Positions 1 to 10,272 are shown, counted from the first letter of the stretch. The stretch is DNA of 64,000 nucleotides from Acidobacteriota bacterium (GCA_963666055.2 CAXWPH010000002.1:128001-192000), one strand, 5' to 3'. The notes: generated by a model from the sequence alone, not told the origin. Translations and numbers: made by a program.

Positions 1-144
1 GCGATGTCCAGAGGAAGTTCTGAACCTGATTAGAAGACTAACTCAATTTAATGATAGTTTTTGACGTTTAAATCAATGCTAAATATATTTTAGATAGCTT
101 CTAACGACTTTTAAGGAGTTATAATAGGTAAATGAGGGTGGCCG

Positions 145-606
145 ATGATCAACAAGCGGCCTGGAGGAGCGTCTTTCGCGTGGGGCACACGGTCGAGCAC
201 CGCGCCCCTTGGGCGCGGCTGTGCAAGCTCGGCCACCCCTGTCCGACAACTGCGGACGACGCTGGTGTTGGTCGTTGCGGCTGTGGCGTGGTCTTGGCTA
301 CTTTCTCGAAAGGCACCAGGAGCCAGTAGTGCCAACCGCCGAGACTACGGCGAGTTCTTGCAGGAAATGCTGGCGTTCCACTCCGCGGACATGGCGCTTG
401 CCTTCGGCGGAGGCGGGCTGAACCGGGTGCCGGTGGTCAGCGTTGGCTCGTGGAATGAAGAATGGGAAGGGCATGCAGTGATGCCGTCCCGGTTCAATTC
501 CACACTTTCGCCGCGCACGCAGCAGGGATTCGACTACGTGCTGGCGATCAAGCAGGCCTTCGGCTGGAACCACTACGCCGAGAAGAGCGCGCAACTGTCG
601 TACTAG
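145..606 (+). pseudogene. Truncated or internally deleted glycoside hydrolase (GH99-like C-terminus) with an N-terminal TM segment
   Basis: The motif VGSWNEEWEGHAVMPS resembles the GH99-like SWNEWxEGxxIEP catalytic motif. At 153 aa, a hydrophobic anchor is joined almost directly to the C-terminal part. Confidence 0.4.
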
Positions 607-785
607 TGGCCGGCCACTAGAAGGTTGGCGCTCGGCCAATCTCGCGTTTCGATCCTGTGCCGCATCTCGCTTGCGTATCCTTACGGCGCGACGACGCGGC
701 AGAGTAGGCTTGGCGCGGCTGGGGCCATCTGACGGCCATGCGACCGGCACAGCGTCGGCCGCCGGTCCGCTCCGAGGAGACAGTG

Positions 786-2201
786 GTGAGCGCGCAACTG
801 GGCCTGTTGATCGGCTACTCGGCGGCGCTGATCTGCATCGGCGTGTGGGTTGGTCGGCGGGTCGATAGCGCCCGGCAGTTCTTCGTTGCCGGACGCCAGC
901 TCGGGCCGTTTCTGCTGTTCTCGACCATCCTGGCGGCCAACATCGGGGCCGGTACCACGATGGGTGCCGCCAGCCTCGGATACCGTGACGGCATCAGCGC
1001 CTGGTGGTGGGTCGGCTCGGCCGGACTGGGCACGTTGCTGCTGGCATACTCGATCGGCCCCATCATCTGGCGACATGCACGCGAGCACGACCTGCGCACC
1101 GTGGGCGACTGGCTGGAGTGGCGCTATGGATCCGGCGTGCGAGGTGTTACAGCTGCCCTTCTTTGGGTTGCCAGCCTGACGGCGTTGTCGGCTCAGTTGG
1201 TGGCGGTGGCGTTCGTGCTCAATGTTGTCGCCGGCGTTCCGGCAGCCTTCGGCTGTGTGCTCGGTGGCTTGGTGGTGACCGTTTACTTCACCGCCGGCGG
1301 CCTGGTGACCTCGGCGTGGGTAAACATGGTGCAGCTCGCGGTCTTGCTGACCGGCTTCGCGCTGGCGCTGCCGATCGCGATGGCCGCGGCCGGTGGGTGG
1401 CAGTCGATCGTCGAGGCCGCGCCGGCCGGTAGCACCGACTTCTTCAGCTGGACGCATGGGGGAGCATCTGGATGGCACTACATGGCGTTGCTGATTCCTG
1501 CGTTCATGGTTTCGCCGGGGCTGCTGCAGAAAGTGTATGGAGCGCGCAGCGCGCGTACAGTTCGACTCGGCGTTGGGGCAAGCGCCTTGGGACTGTTGCT
1601 GTTCGCAGCCGTTCCGCCGCTGCTCGGTATGTTGGCACGCGTCTACGATCCGACCCTGACCGGCGATGCGATCAACCGGGCATTACCCGTGGTGTTGACG
1701 GTGGGGTTGCCGCTGGCGATCGGCACCCTCGGGCTGGCGGCCGTTTTCTCTGCCGAGGTGAGCTCGGCGGATGCCGTGCTCTTCATGCTTTCCACCTCGT
1801 TGTCCGAGGATCTCTATCGCAGGTACCTGGCGCCGGATGCTGGCGATCGCCAGGTGTTGAAGATGGCGCGTCTCGGCGCCGCCGCAGGCGGGGTGCTCGC
1901 CACGATGCTGGCCATCGCGCTGGGTTCGGTGATCGAATCCATCACCATTTTTTACTCGTTGCTGTCGATGAGCCTGTTTGTTCCGATTGTTGGCGGGGTG
2001 TACTGGGCGCGGGCGGGCAGCCGCGATGCGATTGCGGCTATCGTCGTGGGTGTGGGGGTCTTCGTGGTGGCCCGATACATTGCCGACATTCCAACCACCG
2101 GTTTGTGGAATCCCAACTTTGTCGGGCTGCTAGCATCCGCCCTGGCATTCGCGGTCTCGGGATGGCTAACATCCGACCGCCGGTCGCGGGCGACCACCTG
2201 A
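786..2201 (+). CDS. Sodium:solute symporter family protein
   Basis: Multi-TM protein with FFVAGRQLG, AANIGAG, TVYFTAGGL and SAEVSSAD motifs of the SSF family. GAGGAG RBS at 774-779 favours GTG 786. Confidence 0.9.
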   Translation: MSAQLGLLIGYSAALICIGVWVGRRVDSARQFFVAGRQLGPFLLFSTILAANIGAGTTMGAASLGYRDGISAWWWVGSAGLGTLLLAYSIGPIIWRHAREHDLRTVGDWLEWRYGSGVRGVTAALLWVASLTALSAQLVAVAFVLNVVAGVPAAFGCVLGGLVVTVYFTAGGLVTSAWVNMVQLAVLLTGFALALPIAMAAAGGWQSIVEAAPAGSTDFFSWTHGGASGWHYMALLIPAFMVSPGLLQKVYGARSARTVRLGVGASALGLLLFAAVPPLLGMLARVYDPTLTGDAINRALPVVLTVGLPLAIGTLGLAAVFSAEVSSADAVLFMLSTSLSEDLYRRYLAPDAGDRQVLKMARLGAAAGGVLATMLAIALGSVIESITIFYSLLSMSLFVPIVGGVYWARAGSRDAIAAIVVGVGVFVVARYIADIPTTGLWNPNFVGLLASALAFAVSGWLTSDRRSRATT

Positions 2202-2212
2202 GGAGGAGCTAG

Positions 2213-3733
2213 ATGTTCGATCGTAGGTACTTCGTGGGCTTGTTCGCGGGTACTGCTTTTGCCGGCACTCGGCTGCCCGCGACGCTCTGGGAGGCGGTGC
2301 AAGACGAACCCGAATCGCCGATCACCGTCGGCATGATCGAGGGCGCGGAGCAGATCGCCGGCCTGGAGATGACGCCGGACGAGCGCGAGATGATGCGTTC
2401 CGGCCTGGGTCGCCACCTCGAGTCGTACCGCGCGCTGCGTGGCATCGAGATTCCCAATGCGGTGCCCCCCGCCCTTGGCTTCGAGCCCGACATGCCAGGT
2501 GTGGGTGCAACCCTGCCGGAGGGACCGGATCGCGTGCGTCCGACACGCCTGCAGCGGATGGCGCGGCCGGCCGATAGCGACGAGCTGGCGTTCATGCCGG
2601 TCACCCGGCTGGCGCGCTTGTTGCGCAGCCGACAGGTCAGCTCTGTCGAGCTGACGGAACTCTACTTGGAGCGCTTACAGCGCTACGACCCGGCGCTGTT
2701 GTTCACCGTCAGCCTCACCGCCGAGCGCGCCCAGCGACAGGCCCGAGTCGCTGATCGCGAGATCGCCGCGGGCAACTACCGCGGGCCGTTACACGGGATT
2801 CCCTGGGGCGCCAAGGATCTGTTGGCGGTGAAGGGGTATCCGACCACCTGGGGGGCGGCTCCGTACCGCGAGCAGGCGATGTCCGAGGACGCCAGCGTCG
2901 TGCGCCGACTCGACGAGGCCGGCGCCGTGCTGGTTGCCAAGCTGACCCTGGGGGCGCTGGCGATGGGCGATTACTGGTTCGGTGGCCGCACCCGGAACCC
3001 ATGGAATCCGGAAGAGGGCTCCAGCGGGTCATCAGCTGGCCCCGGTTCGGCGACGGCAGCCGGCTGCGTCGGATTCGGAATCGGTACCGAGACGCGCGGC
3101 AGCATCGTATCGCCGAGCACGCGCAACGGCGTGTCGGGACTCCGACCCACGTTCGGTCGCGTCAGCCGCGCCGGCGCCATGGCGCTGTCGTGGAGCATGG
3201 ACAAGATCGGCCCGATGTGCCGTAGCGTCGAGGACTGTGTCTTGGTCTTCGCAGCGATCCACGGGGCCGATGGGATTGACCCGAGTGCCCGCGACGTGCC
3301 GTTCTCCTGGGACGCGCGTCGTGACGTGCACGGCCTTCGGATCGGGTACCTGGAGGCGGCCTTCGAGGACGACGAAGACTACGCGAATCGCGCCTTCGAT
3401 CTAGAAACGTTGCGGGTTCTTCGAGAGGATCTCGGAGTGCACATGGAGCCGGTGCAGATGCCCGACTTCCCGGTCGAGGCAATCGGCTTCGTGCTCATGG
3501 CCGAGGCTGCTGCGGCATTCGACGACCTCACACGCAGCGGGCGGGACGATGAGCTGACGCGGCAAACGCGCGGCTCGTGGCCGAACTCGTTTCGCACCGC
3601 CCGGCTGATTCCGGCCGTTGAGTACACGCACGTGGCCGATGAGGCGGGCATCGACCTGCACGAACACCCCAACGTCGAGTCGTGGCTTGCCCGGGTCGCC
3701 GCGCAGCCAGGACACGTGACGATCGATGCCTGA
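2213..3733 (+). CDS. Amidase-signature family protein; C-terminus replaced by a glutathione S-transferase C-terminal fragment
   Basis: GPLHGIPWGAKDL, SSGSSAG and GTETRGSI give the Ser-cisSer-Lys triad, with a Tat-like N-terminus (DRRYF). After IPAVEY the sequence switches to GST-like YTHVADEAGIDLHEHPNVESWLARVAAQPG. Confidence 0.85.
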   Translation: MFDRRYFVGLFAGTAFAGTRLPATLWEAVQDEPESPITVGMIEGAEQIAGLEMTPDEREMMRSGLGRHLESYRALRGIEIPNAVPPALGFEPDMPGVGATLPEGPDRVRPTRLQRMARPADSDELAFMPVTRLARLLRSRQVSSVELTELYLERLQRYDPALLFTVSLTAERAQRQARVADREIAAGNYRGPLHGIPWGAKDLLAVKGYPTTWGAAPYREQAMSEDASVVRRLDEAGAVLVAKLTLGALAMGDYWFGGRTRNPWNPEEGSSGSSAGPGSATAAGCVGFGIGTETRGSIVSPSTRNGVSGLRPTFGRVSRAGAMALSWSMDKIGPMCRSVEDCVLVFAAIHGADGIDPSARDVPFSWDARRDVHGLRIGYLEAAFEDDEDYANRAFDLETLRVLREDLGVHMEPVQMPDFPVEAIGFVLMAEAAAAFDDLTRSGRDDELTRQTRGSWPNSFRTARLIPAVEYTHVADEAGIDLHEHPNVESWLARVAAQPGHVTIDA

Positions 3734-3875
3734 CGGCGCGTCCACCTGCGCTTGGACGACCGCAGCCATCGGACTGGCTGTCGGGCGCCCGGTCGGGGGC
3801 AACCCGGACCCGCACTCGGCGGACCGCCGTCATGCGCTGGTGACTGCGGAGACGTTCGGTTGGCTAAGGCCTCGG

Positions 3876-6569
3876 TCAGCTTTTCAGTGCGTCGACCGGG
3901 TCGACCCGCGTAGCGCGTAGCGCCGGAGAAAGACAGGCTGCGGTCGCCACGGCGAGCAGAGTGAGCGCTACGGTCAGGACCGTCACCGGGTCGCCCGGAG
4001 CGACGCCGTAGAGCAGGCCGGCGAGCAGCCTCGATACGGCAAGACTGGCCACGGTGCCAAAGACGACCCCGAGTGCCGTCAGCCGGAGGCCGCCGCCGAT
4101 TACCAGCGTCAGCACGTCTCTGCGGTCGGCGCCCAGGGCCATGCGCACACCCATCTCCTGGGTACGCCGTGACACCGTGTACGTCAACACGGCGTAGATT
4201 CCGGCGGTTCCCAGAATCAACGCCAGGCCGGCGAAGATCGTCAACAGTTGCATGGCGAAGCGCGATTGCCACATCAAGTTGCCGAGCCGCTGCTGCAGCG
4301 TTTCTATGCTGTAAACGTTCATGCGCCTGCCGAGCGACCAGATTGCCTGCTCGGCTGGCCGCAACATGCTCTCGGGAGCTTCGCGAGTTCGCGCCACCAG
4401 GTTCATGATCGGCAGCGGCAAATGCGCTGCGGACACGTACACCATGGGGGGAGGTGCGGGGTCGGTGCCGGCACCACGGACGTTGGCCACCAACCCGACG
4501 ATCTCCCATTCCATGTCAGGAAAGCGACGTAGCGTCGCTGCGGTTCCGCTCAACTCGGGGACTATGCGTTCTCCGATAGGGTCCCGGTCGCCGAAATATC
4601 GCCGCGCGAACTCCGCGTTGACCACCAGTACTGGCGCCGCCTCGACGGTGTCGAATTGGTCGATCGTGCGGCCGCTGAGCAGGGCGATTCCCATGGTCTC
4701 GAAGTAGCCGCGCATTACGATACGCGCCACGACGTTGGGGTTGCGCGCCGCGTCGGGTGCCTCGCCTGGCCGGTGGAACCGAATCGGGGCATTGGCGAAC
4801 TCGGGCGGCACAAAGCTCACGGCGCTCGCAGATTCGATGCCCGGCAACTGCTCCAACGCAGCTGCGGCCTGCTCGAAATGCGATATCCAGGCTGCCGGGT
4901 CGGGTCCAATGCGCAGCGAGTTGCGAAGCGTGATGAGCTGGTCAGCGTCGTAACCGAGCTCCACATTCTGCAGGTTGCGGAAGCTCTGAAGAAGCAAGCT
5001 GGCTCCCACCAATAGCACCACCGAGACGGCTGTTTCAGTGATCACCAAGAGACCGCGCAGCCGCCCTGCGCGTCCGCCGGTAGTGCTGCCCCGACTGCCG
5101 TCTTGGAGTGCCGAGGACAGCGTCTGGCGTCTGGCGACGCGCGCCGGGGCCAGTGCCGCGACAACTCCTGTTAGAACGCACAGCACGGCAGCAAACCCGA
5201 GCACCGTGCTATCGACTCGTACATGTTCGAGGAACGGCACGGCGGCGAGCCCGCCGATGGTCGTCGACCCGCCCGCGCCGGTGCCGGGAATTAGCCGCAG
5301 CAGGACCGGCAGCGTGGCGAACGCCACGAGCACGCCTACGCCACCGCCCAACGTGGCGAGCACCAACCCCTCGCTGACCATCTGTCGCAACAGCCGTCCG
5401 CGGCCGGCGCCCAGGGCGCTGCGCAGCGCCACCTCGCGTGATCGCTCGATGGCGTGCGCCAGGCCGAGGTTAGTGACATTGGCGCACGCGATGAGCAGAA
5501 CCAGGCCAACAGCCAGCAGCAAGAATCCGAAGGTCTGCCGGTAGGCGCCGACCGCATTATCCCGAACCGGTGTGACCTTGACGCCCCAGCCGCTGTTGGA
5601 CTCCGGGAACTCGACCTCGGCGTCGGCCGCGATCGCCGACATCTCCTGCTGCGCTCGAGCTACCGTCACGCCGGGCTTGAGGCGCGCGAAAACTGCGTTG
5701 TTGCGGGTCGTGCGGTCCTGCTCGCGGCCGACAAATGCGGTAGGCATCCACAGATCCGGTTGAACCGGTAACTGGTGCGTCGAGTAGAAGTCGGGGCGCA
5801 GGATACCGATCACGACGAAGGGCTCGTCATCCAGCACAACCGTCTTGCCGATGAGGGCCGGGTCCCCGCCTAAAGCCCGCTGCCAGATACCGTGACTGAC
5901 GATGACAACACCCGTGCCGGTCGCGTCACCCCGCTCGAACGTGCGTCCGAGGTATGGCTTGACCCCCAGCACGTCGAAGTAGTTTTCCGTAACCACATGC
6001 GTCAACGGCACGAGCGGCTCGTCGAGCTGCGTGAAGGCCACGCTGTTGTTGGACATGGCGGCCATGTCGGTGAACGACGAGGCGCGTGCCGTCCATGCCA
6101 AGAATTCGGCCGGGGGTGCTCCGGCAAAGGTCGTCAGTCCACGCCGGCTACCGTCGCCCCATAGAAGCATGAGGCGGTCGGGCTCCGCATACGGTAGGGG
6201 ATGGAACAGCACCCCATGGACGATGCTGAAGATGGCGGTGTTGGCGCCGATCCCGAGCGCCAAGGCGAAGACTGCTCCCGCGACGTAAGCAGGCCGACGC
6301 CACAGGGCACGCACGGCGTAGCGTAGATCCTGGGCGGCCCCGTCCACGAAGTTCGCCAAGGGTCGCTGGATGCCGCGGCGCAGTCCGAGGCGGATGGCGT
6401 CCTCGGCGGCGTTGAGGAGGCGTCGGGCGCGGAAACCGCGGCCGTGGCCCTCGGCGCGAGCCTGCGCCAGCTCGCCCTCCCACTCCGCATACCAGTCGTG
6501 CCGACGTGCACCGGGCACGACTCGGCGGAGGATTCGCAGTAGGTACGATCCAGTGCCCCGGCTAGACAC
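3876..6569 (-). CDS. ADOP-type duplicated MacB/FtsX ABC permease
   Basis: QDLRYAVRAL, LALGIGANTAIFS, LLIACANV, REVALRSALGA, RTQEMGVRMALGA and RATRVDPVDALK motifs. Confidence 0.93.
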   Translation of the reverse strand: MSSRGTGSYLLRILRRVVPGARRHDWYAEWEGELAQARAEGHGRGFRARRLLNAAEDAIRLGLRRGIQRPLANFVDGAAQDLRYAVRALWRRPAYVAGAVFALALGIGANTAIFSIVHGVLFHPLPYAEPDRLMLLWGDGSRRGLTTFAGAPPAEFLAWTARASSFTDMAAMSNNSVAFTQLDEPLVPLTHVVTENYFDVLGVKPYLGRTFERGDATGTGVVIVSHGIWQRALGGDPALIGKTVVLDDEPFVVIGILRPDFYSTHQLPVQPDLWMPTAFVGREQDRTTRNNAVFARLKPGVTVARAQQEMSAIAADAEVEFPESNSGWGVKVTPVRDNAVGAYRQTFGFLLLAVGLVLLIACANVTNLGLAHAIERSREVALRSALGAGRGRLLRQMVSEGLVLATLGGGVGVLVAFATLPVLLRLIPGTGAGGSTTIGGLAAVPFLEHVRVDSTVLGFAAVLCVLTGVVAALAPARVARRQTLSSALQDGSRGSTTGGRAGRLRGLLVITETAVSVVLLVGASLLLQSFRNLQNVELGYDADQLITLRNSLRIGPDPAAWISHFEQAAAALEQLPGIESASAVSFVPPEFANAPIRFHRPGEAPDAARNPNVVARIVMRGYFETMGIALLSGRTIDQFDTVEAAPVLVVNAEFARRYFGDRDPIGERIVPELSGTAATLRRFPDMEWEIVGLVANVRGAGTDPAPPPMVYVSAAHLPLPIMNLVARTREAPESMLRPAEQAIWSLGRRMNVYSIETLQQRLGNLMWQSRFAMQLLTIFAGLALILGTAGIYAVLTYTVSRRTQEMGVRMALGADRRDVLTLVIGGGLRLTALGVVFGTVASLAVSRLLAGLLYGVAPGDPVTVLTVALTLLAVATAACLSPALRATRVDPVDALKS

Positions 6570-6864
6570 GCTGTTGCCCGCCCGTCGCGGCGAGATGCTG
6601 GGCAGGGTAGCGGTCTCGAGCCTGGGCGATAAGCGTCGTCGCGTGCCTGGTGAGCTCGTAGTACTTACGAGCCGGTCGGTTGCTCGAGCGTGCTACACGC
6701 ACCGCCTCCCAGCGCGATCGCAGCACGCCGGCCTCCTCGAGTCGTCGCAGCAGCGGATAGACGGTACCGCTACGCACGCCCACCACCTCGATAATCTCGA
6801 AACCGTATCGATAACCGGCGTCGAGCGCCTGCAACACCATGGCGGTCGCGTATGTCATGCGCAT
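6562..6864 (-). CDS. PadR-family transcriptional regulator
   Basis: YGFEI...GTVYPLLRRLEEAG...RKYYELT. It overlaps the start of the ADOP permease. Confidence 0.93.
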   Translation of the reverse strand: MRMTYATAMVLQALDAGYRYGFEIIEVVGVRSGTVYPLLRRLEEAGVLRSRWEAVRVARSSNRPARKYYELTRHATTLIAQARDRYPAQHLAATGGQQRV

Positions 6865-6885
6865 GCCGGTGACCTCCCGTAGTTT

Positions 6886-6917
6886 ATCTATCTAAGTCTA
6901 AATCGATATAGATAGAT
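6886..6917. promoter_or_regulatory. Inverted-repeat operator upstream of PadR
   Basis: ATCTATCTA-N14-TAGATAGAT perfect 9-bp inverted repeat containing TCTA-N8-TAGA. It forms an AT-rich island about 20 bp upstream of the PadR start. Confidence 0.65.
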
Positions 6918-6947
6918 TTGCACGTCACCCGTGGCGTGAGATTCGGA

Positions 6948-7505
6948 TTACTCGAGGGTGCGGCCTTCGGCGAGGAGCGCGTCGACGTGTTCGAATAGGT
7001 CGTCGCCGCGGACGTCCAGCGCACGCACGCGACCGCGCCGGTCGAGCAGCAGATTGGTCGGCAACCGGTCGATGCCGAACTGCAGCGCGATGCTGTCCTG
7101 GTAGCCGCAGTCGGCGTGAATCTGCGGCCACGCGACACCATGCCGGCGTCGCCAGCTGGTGAGGTCGCGGCGGCTCATACGGTCGAGGCTTATTCCAAGC
7201 ACGCGGAAATCATCGCCGTATGTGGCGCGCGCCCGCTTCAGGTGTGGCAGCTCGCGCAAGCAGGGCGCACACCAGGTTGCCCAGAAGTCGACCAACGTGA
7301 TGCGCCCCTGGATGCGCTCGTAGGTCCAGGTACTGCCGTCCAAAGCCTGCGCGTCGAGGTTGATCAGAGCACGCACGAGCTGGGCCCGATCAACGGTCCG
7401 TTGAGCAGCGCGAGGCGCTGCCGCGACGGTCAAAGCAAACATCGCGATAACCAGACCGGTGAGACGGGTTCCAACCGGAAGGCTGCAACACCAGCAGGCG
7501 GCCAT
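6948..7505 (-). CDS. TlpA/ResA-like thiol-disulfide oxidoreductase
   Basis: VDFWATWCAPC motif, LGISLD and the cis-Pro loop LPTNLLLD. N-terminal hydrophobic signal; start uncertain. Confidence 0.88.
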   Translation of the reverse strand: MAACWCCSLPVGTRLTGLVIAMFALTVAAAPRAAQRTVDRAQLVRALINLDAQALDGSTWTYERIQGRITLVDFWATWCAPCLRELPHLKRARATYGDDFRVLGISLDRMSRRDLTSWRRRHGVAWPQIHADCGYQDSIALQFGIDRLPTNLLLDRRGRVRALDVRGDDLFEHVDALLAEGRTLE

Positions 7506-7528
7506 TCAAGAGCGCCGGCTTGGAAACC

Positions 7529-7684
7529 GAGACATCCGCGGTCAGGAACGGCCGTAAGGTCTCATGCCCCTCAATCGGACCCAGGAGGGGCGCCCGACGA
7601 AGCCTTCGGAGGGCCCAACTCAGCGAACCTTGCGCCTCGATAGGGTTTCACCTGCAGTGCCCGACTTCTGGGGGCGTGCCGCGG
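7529..7684 (+). ncRNA. Candidate structured RNA (unassigned)
   Basis: Several stems: gagac/gtctc with gcggtc/ggccgt, gcccctc/gaggggc, cgaa/ttcg, aacctt/agggtt and catgcccc/ggggcgtg. G-U pairs favour the + strand. No family identified. Confidence 0.25.
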
Positions 7685-7696
7685 TCGCGATCCGCG

Positions 7697-7936
7697 TCAG
7701 GTAACGTCCTTCAACTTGAGGCCGTTCTTCTTCAGGTAGCGCAGCAGGCCGTCGCGGTCGATGCTCTTGAGCGCCGTGGTCGACAGCTTCAGGCGTACCG
7801 ACCTTCCGAGCTCGGGTATCCACACTTTCTTGCGCGCCAGGTTGGGGCGGAACCACCGCTTGGTGCGGTTGTTCGCATGCGAGACATTGTTGCCCGAGCG
7901 GGGCCCCTTACCGGTAATCACACACCTTCTGGCCAT
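7697..7936 (-). CDS. rpmB: 50S ribosomal protein L28
   Basis: [33 protein letters not shown] is the canonical L28 N-terminus. Confidence 0.97.
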   Translation of the reverse strand: MARRCVITGKGPRSGNNVSHANNRTKRWFRPNLARKKVWIPELGRSVRLKLSTTALKSIDRDGLLRYLKKNGLKLKDVT

Positions 7937-8298
7937 GACTATGATCTCTGAAATCACTCGGATGTTGCCGCGACCATCCGGGCGCTCACAGACAAGGAGC
8001 GTCACCGGAACGGCGAGAGGCGCAAGGATAGCACAGCGCCCCGCGTTCAGTGCGTGCCGGTGCGTGCCACGATGGTCTTGCGGTACCTGCTGTTTCTGGC
8101 TTCTCGAAGGATGGTCCGATGCTCCGTTTCGGAATCATGGCTGGCCGGCAACGCACGTCGTCGCGGTGGGCCGACCGACCAGCGTCCCGAAGCCTTCCGA
8201 CTACGATAACGGCGCAAAGCGCCGACGTCCCGTCGGGAGCCCTGACTGAGCACGCTGGTGATTCGAATGCGGAAAGTGGTGCAGGCTAGAATCCAACC

Positions 8299-8928
8299 AT
8301 GACCGAGCTGGCTCTGGAACGTAGCGCGCTGGTGCGGCGCGGACTGCTGCTGAGCTGGGCAACGCTGGCGTACAACGGCATCGAGGCCGGGCTGGCGCTG
8401 GCGGCCGCCGCCATGGCCGGGTCGGTGGCCCTCGTAGGCTTCGGTGCCGATAGCACCATCGAGGTCTCGGCGGCCGCCGTGGCCCTTTGGCGCTTGCACG
8501 CCGATGCCGACCCCGTCCGCCGTGCGCACGCCGAGAGAGTCTCACTGCGGCTCATCGGTGGGAGCTTTCTGGTGCTTGCTGTCTATGTGACCATCGAGGC
8601 TCTGCGTATGTTGTCGCTTCGCCAGGCTCCGGACGGGAGCTTGCTAGGTATCGCTGTGGCCGCCGGCTCGGTGCTGGTGATGCCGCTGCTGGCGCGGGCC
8701 AAGCGCAAGGTAGCGTTGGCGATGTCCAGTAGCGCACTGCACCTCGAGGCCAACCAGACGATGCTATGTACGTATTTGTCGGCCATTCTCCTGGGCGGGC
8801 TGCTGTTGAACGCGCTGTTCGGCTGGTGGTGGGCAGATCCAATGGCCGCCCTCGTGATGGCGCCGATCATCGTGCGCGAGGGATGGCACGCCTTCCGCGG
8901 CCGCTCGTGCCCGTGCTGCCCTCGCTAG
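8299..8928 (+). CDS. Cation diffusion facilitator-like membrane protein
   Basis: YNGIEAG, SVALVGFGADS and GWWWADPMAAL motifs, with a Cys-rich tail CPCCPR. Confidence 0.85.
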   Translation: MTELALERSALVRRGLLLSWATLAYNGIEAGLALAAAAMAGSVALVGFGADSTIEVSAAAVALWRLHADADPVRRAHAERVSLRLIGGSFLVLAVYVTIEALRMLSLRQAPDGSLLGIAVAAGSVLVMPLLARAKRKVALAMSSSALHLEANQTMLCTYLSAILLGGLLLNALFGWWWADPMAALVMAPIIVREGWHAFRGRSCPCCPR

Positions 8929-9623
8929 GGGGCTCGCGCACGATCGACGTGTGGCCGTTCTCCCTCGACGGAGCCCTGGCGGCGCCCGACACGCTCGACA
9001 GCGTCGAGCACGCTCGCCTGCGGCGGATGCGCTCACCGTCGAAGCGACTCGAGTTTCTCGTTGGGCGGTCAGTGCTGCGGCGCATTCTCGGCGAGGTTCT
9101 CGACATCAATCCAGGCGAGGTACAGCTCGACTACGGGGCGCACGGCAAGCCGCTATTGCGCGGCGACGAGCTGACGTTCAATCTCTCGCACTCCGGACAG
9201 CGCGCCCTGGTCGCCATCGCGGCGGGTGGACGAGTGGGTGTGGACGTTGAACAGTGCCGAGCGCGGCGACCGTTCCAACAGCTATCGCGGCGCTTCTTCT
9301 CGGAGGCGGAGGATCGTTGGCTGCGGGCGCTGCCGGCGCCCGACCGGGCCGCGGGCTTCTATCAGATGTGGACGTTAAAAGAGTCGTACCTCAAGGCGAT
9401 CGGCACCGGGCTGGCCTTCTCGCCTCGCGGTTTCGCAATGGATCTGACGTGCGCGCCGCCCCGCCTGATGGCGACGGAGTACCCCGGCGACGAACCCGCC
9501 CGGTGGCGCTTTGCCACCCCCGGGCTGCGCGGCAACTACGCCGCCGCGCTGTGCTGGGACGGCGAGGGCCGCCGGGTCCGTCAGCGCGACGTTTCGGAGT
9601 TGTCCTGGAGCGGCGGCGTGTGA
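8913..9623 (+). CDS. Sfp-type 4'-phosphopantetheinyl transferase
   Basis: HGKP, FNLSHS, VGVDVE and WTLKESYLKAIGTGL motifs. Start estimated at GTG 8907 or 8913. Confidence 0.9.
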   Translation: MLPSLGGSRTIDVWPFSLDGALAAPDTLDSVEHARLRRMRSPSKRLEFLVGRSVLRRILGEVLDINPGEVQLDYGAHGKPLLRGDELTFNLSHSGQRALVAIAAGGRVGVDVEQCRARRPFQQLSRRFFSEAEDRWLRALPAPDRAAGFYQMWTLKESYLKAIGTGLAFSPRGFAMDLTCAPPRLMATEYPGDEPARWRFATPGLRGNYAAALCWDGEGRRVRQRDVSELSWSGGV

Positions 9624-9690
9624 GGTTCGCGACCCGCTACACTTGCAAGACAGGCTGCTGGGGACACCTCGGATGGCGCAAGGAGGGGAC

Positions 9691-10272
9691 ATGAAGTGGC
9701 TCAAACCACTGCTGTTGCTTGCCGCGCTCGGCCATATCGCGGTCGGGCTTTACTTTCTCTATGCAGTCGATGCGGCTGCGCGCCTGGTGGGGTTCGACCT
9801 GCTCAACACCGGTTCCCGCGGCGAGCTGCGGGCGCTGGCAGGCGGTCTCGTAGTGGCTATCGGCGCAATGATATTGAGGGGCGTTTTCGGAGGGCGGTTC
9901 GGGCGGCAGTGGCTCTACGCGGCGGGGATCATCTATACGGGGCTTCTCGCCGGCCGCGTCGTCAGCCTCGGCATGGATGGGCTGGCCGCCCACACCGTCT
10001 TCGCCGGGTTGTTCGAGGCGGCGCTGGCGGTGTTGTTCTTCTGGTCCGGAGCCGAGGTCAGTCGATCTGTAACCGTTGCCGGCGAGGCGCCCAAACTGGG
10101 GGCCTCCAGCGAGCCGGTTGAGACCTCGGCGACACCCGGTTCGATCGCACCACCGCTGCAGGCCGAGACCCTGCCGGGGTCGGCGCCGATGGTGAAAGAC
10201 GATGTGGCGCCGGAGGTCGACGGGCAGGACGCATCGGACCGCCCGCCCGGGTCAGCTGGAGACGGCGAGTAG
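9691..10272 (+). CDS. DUF4345-like membrane protein with an acidic disordered tail
   Basis: Four TM segments with ELRALAGG and GRVVSLGMDG. Strong RBS AGGAGGGG before ATG 9691. Confidence 0.65.
   Translation: MKWLKPLLLLAALGHIAVGLYFLYAVDAAARLVGFDLLNTGSRGELRALAGGLVVAIGAMILRGVFGGRFGRQWLYAAGIIYTGLLAGRVVSLGMDGLAAHTVFAGLFEAALAVLFFWSGAEVSRSVTVAGEAPKLGASSEPVETSATPGSIAPPLQAETLPGSAPMVKDDVAPEVDGQDASDRPPGSAGDGE

Noticed and set aside
7580-7660. SAM-I or c-di-GMP-I riboswitch
   Set aside because: Only short partial words match (gcccgacgaagcc on +, gaggcgcaagg on -). The required flanking conserved elements are missing.
8913-9623. PPTase as a marker of an NRPS/PKS cluster
   Set aside because: There are no carrier-protein, KS, A or C domain genes in the window, so it is a stand-alone Sfp-type gene.
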